Source: Eremomyces bilateralis CBS 781.70
Taxonomy: Eukaryota
Direction: 5' to 3' (one strand)
DNA length: 64,000 bases
NCBI GenBank assembly: GCA_010015585.1
Contig: ML975176.1
Each line of letters opens with the position of its first letter. Within the stretch, counting starts at the first letter, position 1. Positions 1 through 14,079 of this stretch are shown here, in pieces. The position numbers and the translations under genes were made by a program. The notes below the pieces were generated by a model. It searched no databases, was not told where the DNA came from, and saw only the letters and a program-made list of their open reading frames with translations.

Positions 1-1
1 C

Positions 2-3000
2 AAAGAGTCGAATCGCGTGGATCCCGATGTGTGGGACGAGCCTCCCCTGAAGGATCCGGCCCCGAGTTTCGAAGAGCATGGATTTGATCGCGTCGGAGTG
101 CTCGAGACCATGGCGCCGCTGGGGTCATTGCCGAGTCTCAAGTTGAAGGGGAAAACGAAGGACTCCATCCGACGATCGACCTTGTCGCGGTCGGCGCTCG
201 GGAACCAGTCCGAGGACGCGTTGGACAGTGCGAAGACCACGCCTTCCATTCCGCCGAGTCGATCACAATCACACATGCCGGAAGGGCAACCCAGTCGCGA
301 CGTTTCGGAGCCGAGAGATGAAGAGGAGGATGAAGAATATGTTCCGAATGGGCATGGTCCGGTGACGCGACATTCTAAGCCGCCTACGAAACTGAACATC
401 TCCTTTGCCGCGCTCAACCAAAACCCACCACCGGTAACTCCTAGCCGTCGAAGGTCGAAAGGAAGAGATCGCCTTCTTAAGGAGTCGGTGACGGAAGCGA
501 TCAAAGTCGCGGAACAGAACGGTCAAATTTTGATCGCCATCACGCTGCAGACGTTGCTTGATAACCGGACGCGGGAAGTTGCAGTCGATGATTTAATCCA
601 CGACATCCTGCATCAGCGGAAGATGACGGCATCTCAGGTTGAGCTCATGCGACGATTTTTTGCACTGTCAACGAAGCGCATGAATTCAACACGAAGCCGA
701 GACCGTGGTTATATCAAGGCTATCACCTCGATCGGCGCCGCCGAGAACCGCCAACACACCCAATTTTCACCTCATCCATCCCATCTACCATTTCACAACA
801 ATCTCCCAACAAACACCCCCGATTCGCAACCTTCTCATTCCATCAAATCCTCGCCCGTTCACCCCTCGTTAGATGCATCAAGTCAACCCGGTAGCAAGCG
901 GAGGTCACCACGGAAGGTCATGACAACCAACGGAACGGGAAAATCTACGACCAACGATCAATCTCAAGCCGACCAAGGGCGAGAACGGGCAAGAAGTGTC
1001 TCGTCGACTTCGTCTCTCAGTTCTGTTGACGAGGCCATCGTCGAGGAAGGCTCACCCAGCACCGTCGCATTGAAGAACCTCATCGGTAACAGCCCCCGTA
1101 CCTCCAACCGCCCAAACGGCCCATTCCGAGATCTGAATCGAACCATGGCGACATTTTTTGGCGGCCAGCACAACAAAAAGCGATCCCACGACGCGATGGC
1201 GGGTCCGATGGATGCCGAGGCTGAGCAGTTGCTCCGCAAGAAATTCATGCGAGCATTCCCTGACTATCACGTCGATTCCAGCGAGATCCGCTCCAGCGTG
1301 CAGCGGGCTAAGGAAGCCGAGGAGCGGGCACCAGCCCCCGTTGAGCCCTCGCGAACCACCCGACAGTCTCTTGCTGGCCCTCTCCTGCCTCCACGGACGG
1401 CGCATGCTCTGCAGTATCCGTTTGCAGGCCGCTCCCGAGAAGCATCACCACGAGAAGGCAACAAATTGAAAACGGCTGCAGCACGTGTTAAGACATCGTA
1501 AGTGCCATTTCCCTAAGATCAGTCTGTTCTTCTATTCACATTTTCGTGTTTGTTTCACATTAAAAAAGCACACGTGGACGGTCGGACATCCATTACGCGT
1601 TCTACCTTGGGAGATCCGGAGCATGTTCAAGGCGACAAAGTTCTCACTGGGTGCAACGACGCCAGATGAGTGATAAAGAGCCGGCTAACCATTTGTCACA
1701 TTTCTAGGCCGGTCAAGAAACGCAATGTTGGCGGCACAGGCAGCGGGCGAAATACTGGTGGCCAAGGGAGCCCGATCGGGCTGGAGGAGAGCGAAGAGCT
1801 GATGGTGAGCAAAACCCCCCACTCCCCTTTCAAAAACCCCCCAAAACGTTCCCCCGTCCAACCACCCGCACCACCACTCGCATCACCCGCGCCACGGCAC
1901 TTCCTCCAAGTTTCCAACCCGCGCACCTCACACACACATTCTTCCTGCCCATCCACCATCCATGATCCTTCCATGACCCTTCATCTCCATCTCGGCACCA
2001 AAAGACTAGTTGCGCGTGGTGCGGTGCCACTTCACTTTTGTCATCTTTATCCTCCCTTCGCCCTTTCTTCGCTTTCCTGGATTTCTTTGTCGGCTTCTTT
2101 TTGGTCTTCGTCGTCCTGTCACTTTCACGGCTTTTCGTCGTCCATGTCTTTCCATCCTTTCCATCCTTTCCATCCTTCTCCATGAAAAATTCCGTCAGCA
2201 TCGATCTCTCTTATCGTCAACTAACCCCCATCTCCCAGTCGGACAACGAGGAGGCCTGCAAAGCCTGCAACGGTGGCGGCCTGCTCGTGGTTTGTGATAA
2301 CTGCGACAATGCATATCATTTCCTGTGCGCCGATCCTCCGCTGGAAGAGAGCTCGCAGAGATTAGACAAGCCTTGGTATTGCAATCCTTGCGCGTCGCGC
2401 GACGAGAACCCTCGCCGCTATGAACGCACCATCTTCCAGCCGCTGCTTCAGGCCGCCGATAATACGTGCCCGCAACTTTTCGAACTTCCGCGATGGCTGG
2501 AGAATCATTTCGAAGGTGTCCGGCGTGGTCCCGGTGGCGATTACGATGACTCGGTTCCCGCCGAAAAGATGTGAGTGGTCCCCGTTCCCCGTTCCCCGTT
2601 GGTTAGCATGTTTACTAAACCATCGCAGTAAAACTCGCAGCGGTTGGGACGATCAATCTGGCCATCTGAAACTCAAAGACTCCAAAGATGCGAGCATTCT
2701 GTGCATTCAATGCGGACTTTCTTCTGTGACCGGACGTGCAATCATCCAATGCGATGAATGCAAGACGTACTGGCACTTGGACTGCGTGTCCCCGCCGATG
2801 GCCAATCCTCCACCATTGAGGGCAGATGGAAAGTCGCGAAACCGATTTGTCTGCCCGAGGCATGTGAGCCATGATTTGCGGCTAGCCAACAATGACTTTG
2901 GCCTGGCTCAGAAGCGACGACTGTTGGGAGAGCGATTCCACCGACTCCGGCAGCCCAAGCAACCCGAGGTCATCGACACCAATCTGCGGCCATCGCAGCT

Positions 3001-3691
3001 ACCCGGTACGGTCCTCTTTGAAATCGATGATGAGAGCGAGCCCAGCGACGAGTTTTCCGACGAGGAAGATGAGGAAGAGGGGAAAAATGTGGTCTATCGC
3101 GTGGCATCCCGGAACGTCAAACTTGATTTCCTTGGCAAAGTGCGAACGTAAGTTTATAGCCCCCTTTAAGAATATCGCATGGTGTTTCTAACGCGTTCCA
3201 GCGATTCTGCAAGGCTCCGCGATTTGCGCTGCGACGGCCGGGCCTCAAAACGTAGCAAGTTGGAACCACGTGGCCATGACCACGCCGCTCGGGTCGCCGA
3301 TACGCTCTCCAAGCGCTCGTTCCTGGACCAACGAACTGCGCTGGATCTTGTGAACTTCGCGGATCGCGAGACCGATCTCGGGCTGGCCAGTGATACCATC
3401 GGATCATTGATCCTCAGGTTGATCGTAAGTACTACTCTAGCATAGTGCCTTTTTTAAGAAGGTAGACTAACGAGAATACAGTCGGAAGCACCCGATGCAG
3501 TTGTCCAACAGATGGACGGCGAGACCAAATCTACCACGTACTCCGCGACGACTGCGAGTGCTGGTCAAGGTCCGCCTTCCCCTCCGATATCTGAGCGGGC
3601 GGAACTCTCTGAGGACCAAGCCCAGTTGTACGAGAAACTTCAAGAGCTTATTGCACGACGCCTCCAGAGCCGCCATGTTAAAAGTCAATGA
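2..3691 (+). CDS. RCO1: Rco1/Cph1-like double PHD-finger protein (Rpd3S histone deacetylase complex subunit); 5' end lies outside the window
   Basis: Exons <2-1497, 1708-1804, 2239-2570, 2629-3147, 3202-3424, 3482-3691 joined by GT-AG introns. PHD1 CKACNGGGLLVVCDNCDNAYHFLCADPPL..WYCNPC, linker FELPRWLENHFEGVRRGPGGDYDD, PHD2 CIQC..IIQCDECKTYWHLDCVSPP..FVCPRH. Symbol follows S. cerevisiae naming. Confidence 0.8.
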
Positions 3692-4890
3692 TTCCTTTTG
3701 TGCGGCGGAACAAAAGGCACTTGTCCGTGCTTTGCGCCGACATGGAACTACATATGCAGAGCCTCCTCTGCAACTTGCTTCTGCGTCAATGAATGCAGAA
3801 TAGCTCTACTATTTGCTGCTTACCGACAGCATCACGATGTCTCAGATGGGGCCGGAGATTCGAGTGGTTGGATGCGGCACCAGAACGAGTAAGAAAACCA
3901 AAACAGAACCGACCGGTTGCATCTCAGTCATCCGGAAGCGCAGCGAAAAGAAATCGAAAAACGGCCTGGACCGGGACGCGACGGGCAACTTGTTCCGGCG
4001 GGCTTGGCGGGCATCAATGGGGGAACCCGACTCCCTGTACTGTGCGTCCAACTGGCGCGTCGGGATTCCACAACACCCAAATCTCCGCGTCCGGATCCCT
4101 AAACGGCATGGTCAAGTGCCCTGGGGCTGTGAAACTAAGCGATTCATCGAGTTCGAATATCGGCCCCTTCGTTTGGCGCCTTGATGGTGTTATCTGTCGC
4201 CTTAGGAACGTTCAATCAGCAATCCGAAAGTCCCCGTTTTATTCCATATCTTCTCCTTCCACCGCATCACAACTTCTCACGTGGTCTTTGACCCCTACCC
4301 AGTGCAACCCTGAATCAACTCCTTTCACTATTTCTCTTATTCCTTTCCTTGAGTTCATCACGGCCCAGGGACATGGTCTGAACTGAAATCATTATGTCTC
4401 TCTCGACCCCCTTTGACACATCGCAGCCCATCGGCCCGAATGAACGAGCAATTGCATTACATGGCGTCAAAAGCATACCTGTCTGGGCTATTGGGTTTTT
4501 TATAGATTTCCTTGATTTCGTCATGCGTTAAACACGTCTGGCTGGTGGTCAAAGCGGTCTTCACCGGATCATATCCACGGAGCCAATGGGCCATGGCAGT
4601 TTTTACTCGGGCTGGCGCGCAGAACATGAGGGGATGAGAGAGGATGTGATGGTTCAGCCACACCAATGGATCAAGGAGATGAGTGCTGGCGAAGGATGGG
4701 GAGAATGGAGATTCATGGACTTCAAATCCGTCATTTGTATTATTGAATGAGCCGATGGTCAGTGATTCGTATTCGTCCTACTGCAACCTGGTATCCTTTT
4801 GAGTGTCTATTGTAGTGCTGAAAGAAGCGTAGCATTGGTTCAAGTAATCTCCTAACGTTCGGGTCGTCGATCATCGCAAGCCATGACATC

Positions 4891-6741
4891 TCACGGAGTG
4901 CAACGACCCATGTATCGAGGATACAAGCAGCAATCACGGACCGTATGCTGTTTGCACAACCAAGCAAGGAACCGCTCCAGACCCAACCCGTATCCACCGT
5001 GAGGCGAAGAGCCGTACCTAATGAAAGAATCGTTAGCGACATCGTTCAAATTTCGTTCCATCTCAACTGTCCTGCAAACGGACCAAAGGGCCCAAGCAGC
5101 TTGGCAGTCGGTATAGCCCACTAATTCGATGACTCACCTTCGCTGGTCCGTATACCAGTAGTACGGTGCGGGGTCGATGCCCACACGCTTGTACGCCTCC
5201 ATCAACTCGTCATAGTCATCCATCCTCATGCTCCCGCCGACGATTTCCCCGACGCCCGGCATCAAGCAGTCGACGCTCTCAGTAACGCGCAGGTCCGTCG
5301 GGTCCTTCTGCATGTAGAACGCCTTGATCGCCACCGGGAAGTGGGTGAGGAAGATGGGGCGGCCGATCACGTCGGTCATGCGGCGCTCCGCCGCCTCGGC
5401 GATGTCGTCGCCGAACGCGTGCGGCTGGTCCTCCTCGTTAGGGATGCCGTGTTCGACGAGCCAGTCGATGGCTTCGGAGTACTTCATGCGGAGGAAGGGA
5501 CGCTCCGGCATGGTGAACTCGGGATGGAGGGCCTTGATGTGCGCGGCGGCGGAAGGGTCGGCGAGAGTGATCTCCAGGACGCGGCAGATGATGGCTTCAA
5601 GGTGGGTCAGGAGGTCGTCGAAGCTGATGAAGTCCAGCTCGGCCTCGACGTGCGTGTATTCGGAGAGATGGCGTCGAGTGAGCGATTTCTCGGCGCGGAA
5701 AGACTTCTCAATACAGAAGACGTCGCCCATGGACGGCAAACACGTTTCGAGGTAGAGCTGGGACGACTGGGTGAGGAAGGCCGATTCGCCATAGTAATCG
5801 AATTTGAACAGCGTCGCCCCGCCTTCCACCTGCGTCTGGACCAGGGCGGGCGGCGAGACTTTGCGGATCCGGATCTCTTTGTACGCCTGATGGAACGCCG
5901 ATTCGACCGCATCCCGAACGAACATGACCGCCGACGCCGTATCTCCTCGAAGGGTCAGGTGTCGCATGTCGAGCAGTCCCTTCGGATCGCCTCCTCCTTG
6001 GACTTTGTTGGTGATGGCGTCTTCGCCTCCCACGGCTTTCCAGTGCGGCTCGATCTTGTAGAAGTCGACATGGAGCTCTCGACCTCCCGGCGCGTGCGCA
6101 CCTGGAGGGAGTTCCCACAGCTCGCCATAGATTTCCATCGAAGTCTCCCGAGTCAGGGTGAGGGCGTCGTACGTCTTCGCGAGGTCCCCGGAGAGCACAC
6201 ATTGCATGTATCCGTAGCCGTCACGCAATGTGATGAATAAGACCCCCTTCTGCTTGCGCTCTCGGTGCACTCGTCCCAAGATCTTGACTCGGGTGCCCGG
6301 TTCTGCGCCCTCGTCGGTTTTCCTCAGCTTGATGATCTTCGGGTCGGCCTCATCGAGCTTGATCTTGACGGGCTTGGGCAAGCTCGCGTCCTCCGTCAGC
6401 ACGATCTTTTTCGCCTCTTCCAGAACCTTCTGTCGCTCCTCATCCATCTTTGCCTTCGCTGCCGCCAATTCGACCGCTTTGGCCGCTTTCTTTTTCTGCG
6501 CCTCGAAGTAGTTGACCGCCTTCTTCAGCGCCGCTTTCGCCGCAGGCTTCCACTCTTCCCGCGAGGACTCGTCGGCACCCTCAGGGACGACACCCGTCTT
6601 GGACTTTCTTGTGAGGTATTGGGGAGCGGCGGGACGTTGGACGTATGCGAATTGAAGGGATCGAAAGGGCAATTCTTGGGTTCCCAGCTGTTTCGGTTCG
6701 TCCAGACCGACGTCTTCGTCTATGTAGACCGTGTCCGCCAT
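4891..6741 (-). CDS. DED81: Cytoplasmic asparaginyl-tRNA synthetase
   Basis: Exons 6741-5138 and 5017-4891 (intron 5137-5018). OB-fold [49 protein letters not shown]; splicing restores [30 protein letters not shown]. Confidence 0.96.
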
Positions 6742-7652
6742 GATTGCGAATTGCCGAGGGCGTTCTACCTTTGTAGCGAAATCCAACCTCTCTCTTCTGC
6801 TGTTGCCTGTTCCTAAATGCTCAGTGTGTGGGGTATGACTGGTCCATCACCACAACAGAATTCTGACTCCAATTCCGAATTTCCGCATCGGGGAAAGTGG
6901 CGTGTGGCTGTGGCATCTATGTTGCTGTGGCTATGGTTGTGGCTGAGACGGCCGCTGCAGTGCTGTTCAGCTAGCTCTACGGTACTCTAATTGATCCGCA
7001 GAAAACCCAATCTGAAGGCAGCGTCTCATCAGTGTTACCACTCGTGTATGAGATAAATCCGCCATATCTACCCGTCTCTTCCAGATTGCGTTAAGAATAA
7101 TTGAATGGCATTTGGTAAGAATTACTCCCGGCGGTCCAGCGTATAATCCCGGCGGTCTATTTCCACCGCAAAGGGAGACTGCTGCCGCTACCTGTTTGTC
7201 TCGGTTGCAATTAATGAATCCCTCCTCGGAGGTCGCTCTGGTTCTAGTTGGCGTTTATTAGACACAGTGTTCAGGCTTTGGAATGGTAATATCTGATCCT
7301 ATATCAATAGACTGCCCATTTACAAGCTGTACGCGCCTAGGCGGTTCTCCGCACCAAGAATAGTAATGTCCCGGCAAACTTCGCCTCGACTCTGAAGAAA
7401 CCATCTATCACATCCTTCGTGCGCCAGGGATCTGGTCGTTCTCTCCGACACTGATTGGTGGCAATTTCATCTAAGGAAGCATATTAGAATGAATGCTCTC
7501 TTGTGACCCAGGTAAAATGAAAAGACAGACGGTAAGTAGAATATGGAGGCTACGAGGGTAAAAGCAGGTTGAATTTCTCTATACGTTATAATAGTCATGT
7601 ATAGCCTACTTTCCTTCAGTCGAAATCACTCGTTTACCGCACCATATCAGTC

Positions 7653-8709
7653 ATGCTAGTCATTCGCGCGCTCCTATCGGTGCTGACCCTCTCCGCGTTC
7701 GCGTCGGCCGCGAAATTCTCGAATCCCTTGCGAAAGACCGATGGCTCAGACCCGTTCATCGTCTATGACACCGGCTACTACTACCTGCTGACCACGACCT
7801 GGAAGGATGTCCAGATCACCCGGGCGAGTACGATCGAAGGGCTGAAGACCGGGGAGAAGAAGGTCGTCTGGCGCGACAGTAATAAGGACCGCTGCTGCAA
7901 CGTGTGGGCGCCGGAGATCGCGAAGATCGACGGCCGGTGGTATCTGTATTACACCGCGGGCCAGACCACCGATCTTGGGTTCCAGCGTCCGTTCGTCCTG
8001 CGCGGAGGCGCATCGCCGTGGGACACGTACGCGTTCCACGGCCGGCTCTCGAACGAATGGGGTATCGACGGGTCCATCGCGCGCATCAACGACGTCAACT
8101 ACTTCGTGTGGTCGTGTCAAGCCGGCGGCCTGCAAAGCCTGTGCATCGCGAAACTCGAGGCGCCGAACCGCATTGGTGCGCGCACCGTTCTGTCGCAGCC
8201 GACGCAGTCCTGGGAGAAGGCGCAGGGAGAGCTGCCCGTCAACGAGGGACCGGTGTTGCTGGAGCACAATGGACAGTATCACGTGGTGTATTCGGCGAGC
8301 TTTTGCTGGACGCCGAGTTACGCTCTGGGATTACTGACCCTCCGTTCTGGAGGAAACCCCCTGGATGCGCGAGCGTGGACGAAGACCGGACAGCCTATCT
8401 TCAAGAGTGGCAACAACAACTACGGTCCTGGGCACAATTCGTACGTATTCTCTTGATATCCAGTCCCCTGTATTCCTTTGTTCCCCGCATGTGTGAACTG
8501 CCACTGATGACAGCAGCTTCTTCAAGAGTCCCGATGGGAAGGAAGATTGGAATGTATTCCACGCAACATCGAACCGCGATGGTGCCTGTGACGGCAATCG
8601 GTACACGAGCGTACAGAAAGTGAACTGGAACACGAACGGAACTCCTAATCTCGGATCGCCTGTACCCCTTAACCAGCAATTCGATGGGCCATCGGGCGAA
8701 CCCGCTTGA
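7653..8709 (+). CDS. Secreted glycoside hydrolase family 43 (alpha-L-arabinofuranosidase-like)
   Basis: Signal peptide MLVIRALLSVLTLSAFASA; GSDPF, WAPEI, GIDG and VNEGP motifs. Intron 8441-8516 joins GPGHNS to FFKSPDGKEDWNVFHA; stop at 8707-8709. Confidence 0.93.
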
Positions 8710-8856
8710 ACGGATGAGCGGGAGGCTAGTCATATTGTTGAATGTTTCAGCATTGTACATATCATCAACATAGAACTGTCGAGCAGATCGCTCCAGCCGG
8801 CATATGCATTCCGCCAAGCGGAATGAGCCGGCCCTCCTGTAAACGAATTCGCTTCT

Positions 8857-10508
8857 TTATCCTGCCTCATCCACATCCATATTATCTCGCGTGGGTTTAC
8901 CCCTCCCCTTGCTGCCACCGCGACGACCCCCTTTGTTCTCCATGTCCTGAATCTCCCGGGTTGCGACCCGTTGCGCCTCTCCCACTCGTTCACTCAACAT
9001 CATCACCTCATCTTTCGCCACCGGCTCCTCCGGGAGCTTCGTCCCCAGTGCGTTCTCGATCCGCATCCACAGCTCCACGTCGTACTGAGTCACGATTGAT
9101 ACCGCCTTGCCGCTCTTGCCGGCACGCGCCGTCCGCCCCACTCGGTGCACGTACGTTTTGCTGTCCGGTGGCAAATCCAGGTTGATGATGATGTCGACCG
9201 AGGGGATGTCGAGCCCACGCGCCGCTACATCGGTTGCGACTAAGATTAAGCGAGATCCGCCGCGGAACTTCCCCAAGGCCCCCAGCCGTGCGGATTGGGA
9301 GAGCTGTCCATGCAACGGGATGGTGCTAAAGCCCTGCAAGAGTCATCAGCATACGAGGCACCAATTCCAACGATTATGACTCACCAGTGCCCTTGTCAGC
9401 AACGATATTCGCTGGGTTTCGCGCACGGTCCGGGTGAAGATGATGCAGGTCTTTCCGGTGAACTCGTTCAGAAGGTAGACTAGGTACATATCCTTGAACT
9501 TATGCGGGATGAAGAGGAATGACTGTACGAGCGTCTTGACCGTCTGGTGCGATGAATCCGAGACACTCACACGCAGAGGATTCCGTAACGAGGCGCGCTG
9601 CAATGACTCGACCTTCGACGACATGGTGGCCGAAAAGAGGTATGTTCTTCGGTCGCGCGGCAGCACTTTGAGGATCTTGTCGAGGATGGGGCCGAAATCC
9701 AAATCCAGCAGTCGATCCGCCTCGTCCATGACCAGGTATTTCAACGTCCGTAACGAGAAGCCCTTCGTGTTCTCGAGGTGATCCATCAGCCGTCCCGGTG
9801 TCGCCACCTGTGTCCGTCAGCCATGTCTCCAGCCCAAATGATGCTCCATCATACAATAACGTGCGGTTTCTTCCCCAACGCTATTTGCTGGGTAACCATA
9901 TCCATTCCTCCGACAATGACGGCAGACCGCACCCCTATCAGACTTCCCAGCGCTTCGAATTGTTGAGATACTTGGAACGCAAGCTCTCTCGTAGGAACCA
10001 TAACAAGTCCGTACAGCGTCGGTGTCCCTGACTCGCTAATAAGTGCTGGAAGATGTTAGCTACAGCGCGATTCGGTTCTTGGAGGCAGCAGTACCTTGCA
10101 ATATCTGTTCGAGCTGTCAGCAGCGGTTTAGGAGGTTCAACAGGGCACACTTACCGGTAGCGCAAACGCAGCAGTTTTCCCTGACCCCGTCTCCGCGATC
10201 CCAATGAGATCATTTTTCAAGGCCAGTGGGATTGCCTGCGCCTGAATTTCCGTGGGCTCCTTGTATCCCAGCGCCGTGCATGCCTCGCAGAGTGAGTCGA
10301 TCAATCCCAAGTCGCTGAACGACTTCTTCGCTTCCGGTTCACAATCGAATTCTTGAGGAACCAAGGCATCGTCCTCGGGGACTGCATCTTCCTTGGTGGG
10401 TTTTGTTCTCTTCGACGGGACGGGTTCCTGAGCTTTGGAACGGTCGGCTTCGAATTCGACGGACTTCCGTTTCCGAGACTTCACCAGCTTCTCTGCAGAA
10501 CCCTTCAT
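8857..10508 (-). CDS. RRP3: DEAD-box RNA helicase Rrp3 (18S rRNA processing)
   Basis: Exons 10508-10155, 10104-10095 (10-nt microexon), 10045-9855, 9807-9385, 9333-8857. Q motif, [50 protein letters not shown]. Confidence 0.94.
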
Positions 10509-11223
10509 GTTGGCGATGTAGGTCCGATTAGGAATTAGTAGAACAATGCGCTACCCAACGTAAAAACCGGTCGCATCGATAAGTTGGAGAGATTTTGAGG
10601 CTGGAGAAGATGGAAATGTTTGGCGGGAGGTGCAAACTCTGCAAACTGCTTGTACCTTGCAGGGTAACAGACACACCCTGACACCACCACCACTTACAGC
10701 CGCTTGATGTCACGGTCGGCAAACCAGGCCCAAAATCGACGATGAATTATTACAGGATACTACGTACCAGAAAGTAGATCTCAGTAGCAAGGAATGGATC
10801 CGACGCGCATCACGGAATAATTACCAGAACTTCCTGGTTCAACATGCTGTAAATGACTCTACTGTAGATCAGTCACAACGGGGCAGGTCCTATCAATATT
10901 GTATCGCAGGCGCCAGACACACGATGGTCGCGGCACCGCCCGGGACACTCATAACACAGCAAGAACAGACGGAAATCAAAGGCAAAGATGAATGAATGTT
11001 TGAAATGTGATCGTGAATTTATGCCAGAGGCATATTCCGATTAATATACAAAGCGAGTTGTGCGTCGCAACGATGCCATGAAAGGCTAGACCCAGTTCCC
11101 ATCGTTCCTCATTGTGAGTGTGAAAAGCAACCCATCATGTCCTAAACGCCAGAGGGCACGATCGAACCCTCATCCCCATATCGCCATAGCCATTTGACTG
11201 TTCACCCAGGAAAGAGAAGTCGC

Positions 11224-13154
<1,931 letters not shown>

Positions 13155-14079
13155 GCGGTTTGGGGTTGCTTTCGCAGCGGCATGGGTTTTACGAATTTCT
13201 CGATCGGCTGACAAGGCCTGGCTTCAATGGTCTGGGGCCTGCACGAATCAATCGTGCAACGGAGTGGGTGTTCATTCATGGGTTTTGTATCATATTAGGT
13301 TATCGGAGTCTATCATGGATCAACCGACGGGAATGAAGCATGCATAATTCAATCACTTGATTATCTTAGTGACTTTGCTTGTCCCCGTATTTGCTCTTGT
13401 TCAAGGCTGTTGGTGTAAACAGAACATCTTGAGGCAGCTGTCTCCCCGAAATTGGTCCTCGGGCGGCTTGATTGTACGGTTGTACTTGTAGTTTTGGTGG
13501 TCAGCCCTCCAGTGTTGTTCATGGAGCTTGATCAAGCATGTGTCTAGTAGGCTCCAGCGAACTTCGATGAACATCACTGCTCTTCGACCTACTACTCTAC
13601 CCGCGGACCTTGACTTTACCTGCCTTGTCCGATAGAATATTCTTGTGCTACCGTGGCTGCGGAGAGTAAGGTAAGTATGGTATGGTAAATGTTTCCTTTA
13701 TGGCCCGGTCATGTGCAGTGCCCTTTCATTGATTCTAGGAATAACTATCTATTCTTGCTCCGGGACAGTTATGTGACAGTTATGATGTAGTCGCAGCCAT
13801 CTTCCAAGTAAAGATTGGTTTCTCATAACGTGCGTTTCGCGGTTTTCAGTCTTCCATTATATTTCAATGCATGTCCAGACATAGTATCTTATGCTCTCAA
13901 GCTTACTATATTTATCGATACCTGTTCCTAGTCACGTCGGCAACTGCTCGGCAAAATGGGACAAAAGAGTCATTCAAACGCAATTACTTCCTTCCAACAA
14001 CAAACACTATTTTCGAATTTGTTCTCGAAGGTTGATCTTCATCCAGTTCCATTACCGGATCGGCCACACAGCTCAAGAT

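Noticed and set aside
1830..2201. Lys-rich antisense ORF (KDGKDGKDGK...) inside the Rco1 intron
   Set aside because: It is the expected mirror of a pyrimidine-rich plus strand, with no independent gene signals.
4100..4170. tRNA-like pieces (GGCA-TGGTCAAG-TGCC hairpin, CTGTGAA loop, GTTCGAAT)
   Set aside because: The anticodon stem is mismatched, the G53-C61 pair is missing and there is no acceptor stem.
4226..4235. GAAAGTCCCC resembling RNase MRP CR-I
   Set aside because: No matching downstream CR-V (AC..GGGGCTYA) to form the P4 pseudoknot.
5324..6816. Long antisense ORFs over DED81 (and similarly over LTE1, the kelch gene, GCDH and YCS4)
   Set aside because: Shadow ORFs caused by GC-rich third-position codon bias.
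13891..14079. N-terminal extension of the HAD ORF in the track
   Set aside because: AT-rich and not domain-like; the HAD motif starts just after ATG 14080.
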